From Candidatus Heimdallarchaeota archaeon B3_Heim (GTDB lineage: Archaea; Asgardarchaeota; Heimdallarchaeia; Hodarchaeales; Hodarchaeaceae): a DNA stretch of 32,000 nt. Where the stretch lies: assembly GCA_003144275.1 (NCBI GenBank), contig NJBF01000002.1, positions 103,239 to 135,238 on the forward strand. The letters are read 5' to 3'. Position 1 is the first letter of the stretch; every line of letters starts with the position of its first letter. The translations under genes and the position numbers were made by a program. The notes beneath the pieces are model-generated. The model was given only the letters and a program-made list of their open reading frames with translations. It made no database searches and had not been told where the DNA came from. Positions 1 to 8,570 of the stretch are shown here, in pieces.

Positions 1-80
1 TGAATTGATAAAAATAATAGAGTTTTAAATAATAATGGAACGATTAATAATAGTATTCGATCTTTTTCTGCTGTGGACAT
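1..80 (-). CDS. Partial hypothetical protein with hydrophobic N-terminus (runs off window)
   Basis: Manual translation MSTAEKDRILLLIVPLLFKTLLFLSI...; ATG 7 nt after the stop of the RHH gene. Confidence 0.3.
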   Translation of the reverse strand, partial: MSTAEKDRILLLIVPLLFKTLLFLSI

Positions 81-87
81 ATTTAGA

Positions 88-243
88 TCAAGCCACAAGT
101 AATTTCTGCTCCCCTTTTTCAAAGATTTCAATCTGTTTTTCCAGTGCTTCCCGTATAAACCCCGACCAGTTCATAAACTGATAGTTTTGCATCTTTGCTA
201 GCAGTTCCTCAGACACTCGTGTTGAGACCTGTCGATTCATCAT
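88..243 (-). CDS. Ribbon-helix-helix (CopG/VapB-like) DNA-binding protein, 51 aa (not in ORF track)
   Basis: Manual translation MMNRQVSTRVSEELLAKMQNYQFMNWSGFIREALEKQIEIFEKGEQKLLVA; beta-strand VSTRV, helix, and NWSxFIREAL typical of archaeal RHH proteins. Confidence 0.72.
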   Translation of the reverse strand: MMNRQVSTRVSEELLAKMQNYQFMNWSGFIREALEKQIEIFEKGEQKLLVA

Positions 244-291
244 TCACACGTCTGAGAGGTTCAGATCTAGTCTGCTATAAATGTGTATCGT

Positions 292-348
292 TTACCAGCT
301 TTTACAGGCATCATCATTTATTTTATGGTAAGAAATGTCATTTACCAG
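292..348. promoter_or_regulatory. Divergent promoter region with TTTACCAG repeats (possible RHH operator)
   Basis: TTTACCAG at 292-299 and 341-348, TTTACAGG at 301-308, inverted TGGTAA at 326-331, between the RHH gene and the large + strand operon. Confidence 0.3.
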
Positions 349-429
349 TAAAAACTCCCAGAATAACGACTATGGTTTAAAAAGACTCGTTCTCTATGCC
401 CTGTGTCTATCTAAAGAATTTTCCATGAA

Positions 430-1956
430 ATGGAAGTCAAAAGAATGGGTCTATTAAAGAAATTTCGGGAATTCTCCGCGAAAACCAACTTTTCTCGGAC
501 GAATTTTCCCAAAGTCAAGAAGGCATTTGCCTTCCTACTGTTCTTGGTTTTTGCAGTCCAAATCGTAGCCTTTGGCTCTTTTTTTACGCTTAATCTGACA
601 ACAAACCAAGCATTTGCTGTAAAATACGAGGAAACTGATATTCAGCAGTTCCTCGATAGTGACATACGTAACGTAACCGTGATTCTTGCTGATGCGAGCG
701 CGGTTGGTAGTGGTGCTAGGATAAGTAGTCCAATGACACTAACCCTCGACCGAATTGCCATACGGGCGTCTACGCTGCCGTACCACCCGAAAGCATTTCC
801 TACCTCATCCAGAATGTTACACAATATCTTCCCTACCTCCGAGTCCATTGCTCGTTTCGCGACTCTTCGGTCCTCCCTTGGAGGGGGTGGCGCATCATTT
901 CAGTCAATTGAAAGTATTAAAAGTATTGATGCCGTAAATGCGTTACTCAGTCTTGCGGAAGATACAAACGCTACTTCAGAATCAGTTGGCGAAAACACCG
1001 TTAGTGATGAGAAATTTGCGGTAGAAGACCTTAAAGCTGAGACCGAATACAATATTAATACTACTGCAGTGGTGACGGATCTAACCAGCCAAATCGGCTA
1101 TCTTGAAAATCAATCGGTTGAATCCGCATATCAAGACTATGCGAGTTTCCTCTATTCGAATGATAGTGTCGATGCGATTGCAGGGTCTGAAGCGGATGAA
1201 GAAAAAAATCATGATCTCTTGATTTCAGGATTTGACAACACAGAAGACGCGGTTTTAAGTATTTTGAAGTCGAATATCGCTGCTGATTATTCCACGGCTT
1301 CAAATATCTTGACAGCCGATGACGTAACGGTTGTGGATTATGCGGTCCATCATGCCAATATGACGAATTATCTTTCGTCCGCCCTCGTAGAAAAAGTGCG
1401 TGACGCCGTGACAGACTATGAAGACAGTCTTGAAGCGAATATCGCAGCCACAATTTTCGGTTTTAAAATCTACACTGCCAAAGCGGCTACCACTGCAGGG
1501 ATTCTTGCGGGTTTTCGCTCTGCCGTGGGTCGAGTGATTAGCTTTGGTCAAGCGGTAGTCAGTACTCCTCTGCGAGAGGTCAAAAAAATCGGTGGGAGTA
1601 TTAAACGCACCGTCACATCATACGCATCTAAGGTTGGTGAAGCTGGATCCAGCGCACTCAACATTGGAAAAGGGTTTCTAACGTCCGCTCTTTCGAAGCT
1701 GGGTTCAATTAGTAAGTCAATTGGCGATAAAGTGGGCAGTTTCGCTCAAAACGTTAAGGTGGGCGTCACTGGTGCTGTCAAAGGAGTCAAAGGCTTTGTA
1801 TCCAAAAGTTTCAATGCTGTCCTAGGCTCTGTAAAAAGCCTGTTCAGTTTCATTCCGATGCTAATTCTGCTGATGGTAGGTGGAGTAGGCGCGGTGCTAG
1901 TTGTAATATTCCTTATGAACCGTAAACGTGCCCCTCCTGAGGTAATGCCCTACTAG
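430..1956 (+). CDS. Putative envelope/spike-like membrane protein, 508 aa (signal peptide, acidic ectodomain, 11-mer amphipathic repeats, C-terminal TM)
   Basis: Hydrophobic N-terminal segment ending in AFA|VK; D/E-rich helical middle; G/S/A/K/V repeats with SKVG/SKLG/DKVG spaced 22 and 11 residues; C-terminal TM then RKRAPPEVMPY. Alternative start at 445. Confidence 0.6.
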   Translation: MEVKRMGLLKKFREFSAKTNFSRTNFPKVKKAFAFLLFLVFAVQIVAFGSFFTLNLTTNQAFAVKYEETDIQQFLDSDIRNVTVILADASAVGSGARISSPMTLTLDRIAIRASTLPYHPKAFPTSSRMLHNIFPTSESIARFATLRSSLGGGGASFQSIESIKSIDAVNALLSLAEDTNATSESVGENTVSDEKFAVEDLKAETEYNINTTAVVTDLTSQIGYLENQSVESAYQDYASFLYSNDSVDAIAGSEADEEKNHDLLISGFDNTEDAVLSILKSNIAADYSTASNILTADDVTVVDYAVHHANMTNYLSSALVEKVRDAVTDYEDSLEANIAATIFGFKIYTAKAATTAGILAGFRSAVGRVISFGQAVVSTPLREVKKIGGSIKRTVTSYASKVGEAGSSALNIGKGFLTSALSKLGSISKSIGDKVGSFAQNVKVGVTGAVKGVKGFVSKSFNAVLGSVKSLFSFIPMLILLMVGGVGAVLVVIFLMNRKRAPPEVMPY

Positions 1957-1983
1957 CTTCAGATCCTGGAGATGTGAAAAAAA

Positions 1984-2886
1984 ATGCAAAATACTACACT
2001 CCGAAAAAGAAGAAGTCTGACAGTTTTTCCTGTCGTTTTTCTCTTTTTTCTCTCGGTTCTGGTGCCTGTGCTCGCGTCCCCCTATACTGCGGAAATCACC
2101 ACGCTCACCCCCACTATTGATACCTCGACCTCTTCAACCTATGAAAAAACCATTGGCGTGAAGCTGATCTGGCGGATCAATTACGATAAAAGCCTCGAGA
2201 ATTTTTCCACTATTTACAGCTATGTTTACTGCAAAGTGTCAGGCAAAAGCCCTATTTTAGCGGCGAGTCAAGTGACGGAAGGTGGATCTACTTATTGGTA
2301 TACCAATTATACCTCGATTACCGAGACCCTGACATTAAATATCGATGAAGACTCGGTGGCTGGGCAAGATCTTTCTTCCGATGTGAAGATTGCGATCTAT
2401 GCCGAACTCTACAATAATTCGATATCCGCGGCTAATAAGCTAACTTCCAAGACCGCATCGATTTCCTATGGCAGTTTAGTGGGAGAAGAAGCCGCTGAGA
2501 CCGCTGACAGGGGTCTCTGGGATTATGCGCTTTTAATCCTCATGGGTCTCGGCGCATTCGTAGTGCTCGTGTTTATCATCCTGGCTGGACAGCGGTATGT
2601 CATACCATGGCTAGGCTTAAGTTCCCCTCCCCGTAATACGTTAGATTATGGGGATCGAACAAAATGGGCTGAGCGGTATGGCCCTCGTGACAAAGAAGTT
2701 CTACAGGGTAAAAAGAAAGCTGGACAGTTCAAAGACATCGTTGATCCAGGACGCTCTCGGCGTATAGACCAGAGACAAACGCATCTTCACGGGAGAAAAC
2801 CAGGGCAACTGCGACGATCACCTTCGAATCCCCGCAAAAAGATTCCTGACGCGGACCGACGTCCTCCGAAAGGGAAAAAGTGGTAA
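1984..2886 (+). CDS. Type I membrane protein, 300 aa (signal peptide, S/T-rich beta ectodomain, TM, basic cytoplasmic tail)
   Basis: Signal VLA|SP; beta-strand pattern suggesting an Ig-like fold; TM LLILMGLGAFVVLVFIILAG; tail begins YVIPWLGLSSPPR and is K/R/P-rich. Confidence 0.65.
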   Translation: MQNTTLRKRRSLTVFPVVFLFFLSVLVPVLASPYTAEITTLTPTIDTSTSSTYEKTIGVKLIWRINYDKSLENFSTIYSYVYCKVSGKSPILAASQVTEGGSTYWYTNYTSITETLTLNIDEDSVAGQDLSSDVKIAIYAELYNNSISAANKLTSKTASISYGSLVGEEAAETADRGLWDYALLILMGLGAFVVLVFIILAGQRYVIPWLGLSSPPRNTLDYGDRTKWAERYGPRDKEVLQGKKKAGQFKDIVDPGRSRRIDQRQTHLHGRKPGQLRRSPSNPRKKIPDADRRPPKGKKW

Positions 2887-2889
2887 TTA

Positions 2890-2925
2890 TCTCCCTTTTT
2901 TCTTTTTCCCTCTTTATTTCCCATT
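2890..2925 (+). terminator. Pyrimidine/oligo-T tract, possible archaeal terminator
   Basis: TCTCCCTTTTTTCTTTTTCCCTCTTTATTTCCC immediately after stop 2886. Confidence 0.35.
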
Positions 2926-2945
2926 ATTGGAGGTCTGTCTAAGCC

Positions 2946-3377
2946 ATGTTTGAGTCTTTCAAAGAAAAAGTGCTTTCTGTTCCCAGAGGTGCTATGCTAG
3001 TGCCTAAACGCTTGTATAAGACCCTCATTACCTCAAAAGGAATTCTGACTACCGAGCGCGGCAAAGTGAACATTCACAAGAAAGAAGCGTTTTTTACACG
3101 CGAAGAAATCCTCAAAATGGAATCTAGAGCTCAAAGATTCCATGAACGAATTCAATCCGATCAAGTGGGTCTTCCTATTACTTTTGAAGAATTTGAACGC
3201 CTAGAAAGACGATCTGAATGGGATGAACTGCGGACCAAAAAAAAGAGTGGGACCCGGGTCACTCTCTTAGCCACGGGATCCGAAGTGAAACGAGGTCTGA
3301 AACGGTCTGGTGTGATTCCTGGCTCCCGAAGGAAATCATTGAAACCTCCTCCTACTCAACTCAAACTGACTGACTGA
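2946..3377 (+). CDS. Basic hypothetical protein, no TM; N-terminus MFESFKEKVLSVPR resembles array leader
   Basis: GGAGG upstream; K/R-rich; leader similarity is weak. Confidence 0.7.
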   Translation: MFESFKEKVLSVPRGAMLVPKRLYKTLITSKGILTTERGKVNIHKKEAFFTREEILKMESRAQRFHERIQSDQVGLPITFEEFERLERRSEWDELRTKKKSGTRVTLLATGSEVKRGLKRSGVIPGSRRKSLKPPPTQLKLTD

Positions 3378-3454
3378 ATTCTCTCTTACTGATCTGAGCT
3401 GTGGTCTCAAATCAAAGAAAAGAGACTAAATTTCACGAGAATGGATGCTGAATA

Positions 3455-4093
3455 ATGGTCGAGAACACAACTATCATTTTAGTATTAGCGATAGGAGGTC
3501 TTGTTCTCTTATATTTTCTTCTCTATATCCCTTTCACGCGAAAAGTCGCCTGGAAAAGTGTGGTCATTCCTGCTACGACCTTGAAAAACATGCGAAATAA
3601 ACGGAAACAGCGGGCAGAGGTGGCGTATGTCTTCGATTTCAATCACCAACAAAACCGAGCTGAACGCATTCGCTTTCGCAGAGGCACTCGCGATTTTGTC
3701 ATTCCCCGTGCTAATTGGGATGACGAAGTGATTTTTCATACGCATAATAAAGTCAGCAACCCTGTAGAGAATGTTCTGCGGGAACGACCTTCGGGAGGCG
3801 ATCTTGTCCAACTCATCAGTTCGCCTCGCCTCCAAGATGGGCTGATTACCCCCTCAGGGCGGCTTCTCATCTATGAAGAAACCTCCCATACGGATCCTCG
3901 GAAAGTCAAACGGCTCGATCAAAAAGAGGTCGAGATTCAAAAACGGGTATTTCGGAAAGAAGTTACTCCCACAAAAGCGAGGGAAGTGAATAAACGTTTT
4001 TTGAGCGAAGTGAAGAAAGCGGGGATTCGAGTGCGTGAAGTCTCCCCGAATCAGGCATTGAAATTGAGAACAGAGGTACGAGAACATGGTTGA
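3455..4093 (+). CDS. N-terminally membrane-anchored basic protein (array member)
   Basis: Single N-terminal TM IILVLAIGGLVLLYFLLYIPF then K/R-rich soluble domain; overlaps next gene. Confidence 0.75.
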   Translation: MVENTTIILVLAIGGLVLLYFLLYIPFTRKVAWKSVVIPATTLKNMRNKRKQRAEVAYVFDFNHQQNRAERIRFRRGTRDFVIPRANWDDEVIFHTHNKVSNPVENVLRERPSGGDLVQLISSPRLQDGLITPSGRLLIYEETSHTDPRKVKRLDQKEVEIQKRVFRKEVTPTKAREVNKRFLSEVKKAGIRVREVSPNQALKLRTEVREHG

Positions 4094-5666
4094 CTCATTA
4101 CTCGTTATTGGTGGATTATCAGGAGGAGTCATCCTAGGACTAGTTTTGCTCTGGCTGTTAGGGAAACCAGTTTTTTCCTTACCGCTACTCGCGGCTCCTC
4201 GGTGGACAAAAAAACACCTTTACGTCATCGCTCAGCAACATAATATCAAGAATCGGTCCAAGATGTCTCGAGACGCGTTGTTACGAAAAACTCGAGGATT
4301 AAGACCCCGCTATCCCCCAACAAAAATCCCTTCACGAGTTCAGAAATTATCAGTTAAACCCCAAATCCGACCAAAACGTCGCCCAAAACAACGGGGTTTT
4401 CACAAGGGAATGGATCTTCATACCTGGGTAGTGGAGAGAAATAGACACTTGAAGGAAATTGAGAAAATTAAAGAGCCTCAAAAACGGATTCAAGCGGTGA
4501 ATAAGCTTCAAAAAAATGCGGACAAATATAGTCAATCCTCCTGGATGACGCCTGACAATCCGTATGCTAGAGTCCGTAGAGATGCTAAACGAGAGATCCA
4601 ACAGCATAAGATTGAGGTAAAACAACGAGCTAGAATAACTACTATTAAGACGGAAAAAGACCCTGAACAGATTCTCAAATTCACTGATGAAGAATATAAA
4701 ATCTGGTTGAATGCTCTGTCGGCTAAAGACCGTGAACACTATCCTCATTCCCATCATGCTTACATGAATAATTATTATCTGTATGAAAATCCCAAGAAAA
4801 TCAAATATCGGTTCATGGATACAGGTCTTTCGGCCAAAGAAGCGGACTATCAGGTTTTCTTAACAGGAAAAGAGGAATGGGAGCGACAAAGATATCCTAA
4901 ACGTGTAATTGAATATGAAAAAAATCTGCGCTTATATAAAGATGGGCGGATCGCCAGGTATCGCCCCAAGGATAAACAACCTCGGGCCAGTGATATGAGC
5001 ACAGCCACCCCTGACAAACGAATCGACGCCATAGTTGAAGGAAAAGCCATTCGGGGAGCTACGCGAGAAGAACGACGCATTGCTCATGATATTCGGAAAG
5101 CAGGGGAAACAGGCGCTAAATTTGGTACGGGAGGATTTTTGAGTAAACGGCAGAGTCAAATTACAAAACTCACGGCTGAAGAACGTAAGCTTGTCAAACG
5201 AGGGATGACTCCGATTCAAGCGAGACGATTCACCGAAAGAATCCAAAGTGCGGGGGCGGATCTTCAAACCATAGACTTACGTTCGTTAGATATCGAGTCT
5301 CAGGAGGGAATGGAAGGCTATATGGAAACACTCGCGTCAGATCAGTGGGAGGCAGCATTTGGAGGGGTGTATGGTCCCCAAAAACGTTTCAAAATTCTTC
5401 CTGCCAAGTTTGCACCTAAAGTTGTATTTCAAAACCTCGGGTGTGGGAAAGGCTCAATCATGGCCGTAGTTGAAGATCAGGGCGATTATTCACAACAACT
5501 GATAACCAAGGCGACCTACCAAGTAAAAGAAGCGGAGGCGGAAAACTTGGGCGATGGGACTATCATGGTTAAAGGAAAAACCAAAGGCAATCAGGAATTT
5601 AACCATTTTGTGCAAACGACTGACAGTTTAGAGGGAATCAAGAAAAAAGTAAGGAAAACAAAGTAA
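4086..5666 (+). CDS. Membrane-anchored multidomain basic protein with Rho_N/HeH-like module, 526 aa
   Basis: N-terminal TM, then LPLLAAPR, then WTKKHLYVIAQQHNIKNRSKMSRDALL matching the Rho N-terminal-like pattern (TKxELYxIAxxxxIxGRSKMSKxEL); remainder unrecognised. Confidence 0.7.
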   Translation: MVDSLLVIGGLSGGVILGLVLLWLLGKPVFSLPLLAAPRWTKKHLYVIAQQHNIKNRSKMSRDALLRKTRGLRPRYPPTKIPSRVQKLSVKPQIRPKRRPKQRGFHKGMDLHTWVVERNRHLKEIEKIKEPQKRIQAVNKLQKNADKYSQSSWMTPDNPYARVRRDAKREIQQHKIEVKQRARITTIKTEKDPEQILKFTDEEYKIWLNALSAKDREHYPHSHHAYMNNYYLYENPKKIKYRFMDTGLSAKEADYQVFLTGKEEWERQRYPKRVIEYEKNLRLYKDGRIARYRPKDKQPRASDMSTATPDKRIDAIVEGKAIRGATREERRIAHDIRKAGETGAKFGTGGFLSKRQSQITKLTAEERKLVKRGMTPIQARRFTERIQSAGADLQTIDLRSLDIESQEGMEGYMETLASDQWEAAFGGVYGPQKRFKILPAKFAPKVVFQNLGCGKGSIMAVVEDQGDYSQQLITKATYQVKEAEAENLGDGTIMVKGKTKGNQEFNHFVQTTDSLEGIKKKVRKTK

Positions 5667-5676
5667 AAGAAGGTGA

Positions 5677-6150
5677 ATGAAAATATCTAGCTATTCAGAG
5701 GTAATATTAGTATTTGCGATTTTTGGTGTGGGTTTTCTAGCACTTGTCCTTCTGTGGAAATTGAAGAATCCTCATCAATCAATTTTATACTTGCCCGGAG
5801 TTCCGCGCATTTTTGCGCCCAGGTTTCATTATGACGTTTCAAATTTAACTCGTGAGGAATTAGAGTCTCGATTTCGTCAGGAGACAGGGCTGACGGGCGT
5901 TTATGCTGATAAAGAAAAACGCCGGCGATTATCGAGAATTTATATCCAGCGTGAGAGAGAGGCGCGTCTCGGGAGACGGACTCAACAATTTCAACCAAAC
6001 CAGACCTCTGTCGAAAGAATGGGTCTTCCTAAAGTGGATAACGAGACTATGGAAATGTCCAGGATTAATATCACGTGGAAACAAAAAGCAGCAGCGCCTC
6101 GTGTTCTCCACAAATTGTCCAGAATACAAAGAAGAAAGGAGTTGAAATGA
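5677..6150 (+). CDS. N-terminally membrane-anchored basic protein (array member)
   Basis: TM followed by LLWKLKNPHQSILYLPGVPRIFAPR; GGTGA upstream. Confidence 0.75.
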   Translation: MKISSYSEVILVFAIFGVGFLALVLLWKLKNPHQSILYLPGVPRIFAPRFHYDVSNLTREELESRFRQETGLTGVYADKEKRRRLSRIYIQREREARLGRRTQQFQPNQTSVERMGLPKVDNETMEMSRINITWKQKAAAPRVLHKLSRIQRRKELK

Positions 6151-6151
6151 A

Positions 6152-6628
6152 ATGGTTGGTGCAGTAGAACTAACAATTATTGTGGGCTTAGGGTTAGCTG
6201 GTCTCGCGGCATTACTTCTTTTATGGAAGTTACAACATCCGCAGAGTAAGATGATGATTCAGATTCCAGGGCTTCCTGTCATGCTTGCCCCGAGTAGATC
6301 GGAACGTTTCAAACGCTTTGCAGGAAGTACGGCTAGACATGGTTATGGGACAGTCCAGGAGGTTCGCAAAACAGATGAATATCGCCGTCTTCTGAACGTG
6401 AGTTCATCCAAGGCAGCGGAAGGCTCCTCACGCGTCATTCTAGAAGAATTTCATCAATCCCCTCGAAAGGACCAGGTTCGGATGAAACGCATGGTGTATT
6501 TAGCGTCTCAATCCGCCGCTAAAGGGTCTAGGAGTGAGCGGTTTTCCCCCGACACGCGTACTAAACTCGCGGATATCGCGACCGTTTATCAGGAAACCCA
6601 TCGAGAAATGCGGGTCAAACCCAAATAA
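6152..6628 (+). CDS. N-terminally membrane-anchored basic protein (array member; leader paralogous to 5677)
   Basis: TM followed by LLWKLQHPQSKMMIQIPGLPVMLAPSR; C-terminal part unrelated to 5677. Confidence 0.75.
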   Translation: MVGAVELTIIVGLGLAGLAALLLLWKLQHPQSKMMIQIPGLPVMLAPSRSERFKRFAGSTARHGYGTVQEVRKTDEYRRLLNVSSSKAAEGSSRVILEEFHQSPRKDQVRMKRMVYLASQSAAKGSRSERFSPDTRTKLADIATVYQETHREMRVKPK

Positions 6629-6665
6629 AAAGGAAAACATGAATAATAGGAGTTGATAATTAATT

Positions 6666-7133
6666 ATGGTAGAGGTTAAGGATTTAGTTATCATAGCTGG
6701 CTTAGCCATTGCTGGTATAGCCCTGTTTTATCTCGTTCAGTGGTATATAACTTATCGCAAGTTCAAACAAGGGTTCGATATTGGCATGACTATCGCTCAA
6801 GACGAGCGAACACAGACTGGCTTACGATCAGTTTCTGATCGTTTCAAACACTTCACCGCCAAAAATAATCCCCTTCGTGCTTCTCGGCAACGGTTGATTC
6901 AAGCCCCTCGTGTTCTGATCGATAATTTAACGAGAACAGAGCAAAGAAAATTGAGAAAGGAAACCCGAGAATTCGTAAAACGTACTGATCCTAACTGGCA
7001 AAATTACTCGACTTTAGGAAAGCAAAGGGCAATAACGGCAGAGGCTAATAGAAGATTAAACCCCCGACATATTTCTGCTCAATTTGAATACGATCTCAAA
7101 AGAGAATATGACTTGATCAATAGAAATAAATGA
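6666..7133 (+). CDS. N-terminally membrane-anchored basic protein (array member)
   Basis: TM LVIIAGLAIAGIALFYLVQW; internal LIQAPR; R/K-rich. Confidence 0.75.
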   Translation: MVEVKDLVIIAGLAIAGIALFYLVQWYITYRKFKQGFDIGMTIAQDERTQTGLRSVSDRFKHFTAKNNPLRASRQRLIQAPRVLIDNLTRTEQRKLRKETREFVKRTDPNWQNYSTLGKQRAITAEANRRLNPRHISAQFEYDLKREYDLINRNK

Positions 7134-7142
7134 GCCGGGGGC

Positions 7143-7376
7143 ATGATTCCTATCCCTGATCTGTGGAGGGAAATGAAAGATCAGGGTTATACCCGATCAG
7201 AATTTGAGCGAGAATTATTCCGTTTGGAGAACGAACGGACAATTGACATACAAACTGCGTCTCAACCACGCTTTATATCTGACTCTGATCGAAATCTAGG
7301 CATCCCTCATCAAAGACGAGGGCATTTGAATTATGTTCTCTTCCGATACAATCCCAAAAAACCAATGAGGCGATAA
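7143..7376 (+). CDS. Small winged-helix-like protein
   Basis: IPIPDLWREM..TRSEFERELFRLENERTIDIQ has helix-helix-strand spacing of wHTH modules; no TM. Confidence 0.5.
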   Translation: MIPIPDLWREMKDQGYTRSEFERELFRLENERTIDIQTASQPRFISDSDRNLGIPHQRRGHLNYVLFRYNPKKPMRR

Positions 7377-7388
7377 TCCGAAGGTGAT

Positions 7389-8537
7389 TTGATGTTCGAC
7401 CGAATCAAGACTTTTCTACCAACGATATTTGTCGCACCCAAAGTAAGGAAAATAACCAGCCGCCAGAAACCATTATCTGACTTTTTCCGCCGTTCTTCTG
7501 ATCAAAGAAATCCTGTGACTCGAACCCTTCAGAAAATCCGAAATGATCTAACTAAGGAAGATCAGAAAGAAGTAGTTATTCCCCAAAGAATTAAAGCTGA
7601 TTCATTATTAAAACAAGCTAAACAGATTAAACTAAAATCAGATGAACGATACTATGTTTTTTATGAAAATGACTATACTCATCGCCCTCAAATGACTGAT
7701 AAAATAGCTCGATTACCAGATAAAATTAATGAGTCGAAATATCGATTTAATTTGAGATGGAAAGGAAAGAAAGAACCTGCTTTAGTTATTATTGCCGCTT
7801 CCAATGCGTCTGAAGCGAGGCGAAAACTCGCGGATCGCGGAAAAATTGATGTCCTTCTTACAGATACCGAATATAAAGATCGTAGAGAGATTAGAAAATT
7901 CGGGTTAAAATCTTATTATGAAGATGGGCAGTTTATTGGGTGGAGAGGCAAGATTAATCCGAAAATCTGGCAAGAAGTAACCAAATTTGGCCAGTTAACA
8001 CAAGGTTCCGAATATTCAGCTGAAGAAAGTGCCGAATCTTGGCGGGGCAGAAGATCGAAGAAAGCCCAAATAAAGCGTGACCAAGCGACCAAGGCAACAC
8101 AGCGATCTAAAGCGCATTGGGATGAAGCGACAAAGCTAGGAAAACAAATTCCTCTTGGTCAACCTATTTTAGTCGGTCATCATTCTGAAAAAAGACATCG
8201 GAGACATATCGAAAGAATTGATAGCCATGGCTTTAAAGGACTAGAAGAACACAGAAAAGCTGAGCGTTTAACAAGACAGGCTGAAAACTTAGAATACATG
8301 GCGAGACAGAAAAAAGGGATAGCTGCACAACAACATGAAGCTCATAGAGATACAATTCGACGACGTGTTAAACAAGGGAATACTCGAATATTCTTTCATG
8401 GAGCTGCTTATGGTGAGGGAACGGTGACTAAAGTATTCAAAAAATCTGCGAGAGTTAAATTTGATAAATCTGGCTTAGAAACCACAATTGATATGAATTT
8501 ATTACAACCCGTGAATGGTTCAAAAATAAAGAATTAA
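7389..8537 (+). CDS. DUF3560-containing protein with C-terminal SH3/Tudor-like barrel
   Basis: IPLGQPILVGHHSEKRHRRHIERI is the DUF3560 signature; C-terminal HGAAYGEGTVTKVFKKSARVKFD; N-terminus MFDRIKTFLPTIFVAPK has the array motif without TM; AGGTGA upstream. Confidence 0.75.
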   Translation: MMFDRIKTFLPTIFVAPKVRKITSRQKPLSDFFRRSSDQRNPVTRTLQKIRNDLTKEDQKEVVIPQRIKADSLLKQAKQIKLKSDERYYVFYENDYTHRPQMTDKIARLPDKINESKYRFNLRWKGKKEPALVIIAASNASEARRKLADRGKIDVLLTDTEYKDRREIRKFGLKSYYEDGQFIGWRGKINPKIWQEVTKFGQLTQGSEYSAEESAESWRGRRSKKAQIKRDQATKATQRSKAHWDEATKLGKQIPLGQPILVGHHSEKRHRRHIERIDSHGFKGLEEHRKAERLTRQAENLEYMARQKKGIAAQQHEAHRDTIRRRVKQGNTRIFFHGAAYGEGTVTKVFKKSARVKFDKSGLETTIDMNLLQPVNGSKIKN

Positions 8538-8570
8538 AGTAACCGTATCAAAATCTCCGAGGTAAGCGAA

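Noticed and set aside
195-380. ORF-track 61-aa + strand ORF
   Set aside because: Overlaps the better-supported RHH gene and the promoter; TTG start and no protein-like features.
1500-1850. 11-mer repeats as a phage tape-measure protein
   Set aside because: The protein has a signal peptide and terminal TM, is short, and no tail genes are adjacent.
1921-1956. Tail RKRAPPEVMPY as an ESCRT late domain (PPxY/PTAP)
   Set aside because: It matches none of PPxY, P(T/S)AP or YPxL; attractive in an Asgard host but unsupported.
642-6709. Antisense and alternative-frame ORFs inside the structural/cargo operon (e.g. 1061-1453, 3509-3835, 4350-4757, 4932-5267)
   Set aside because: Shadows of long, RBS-supported + strand genes.
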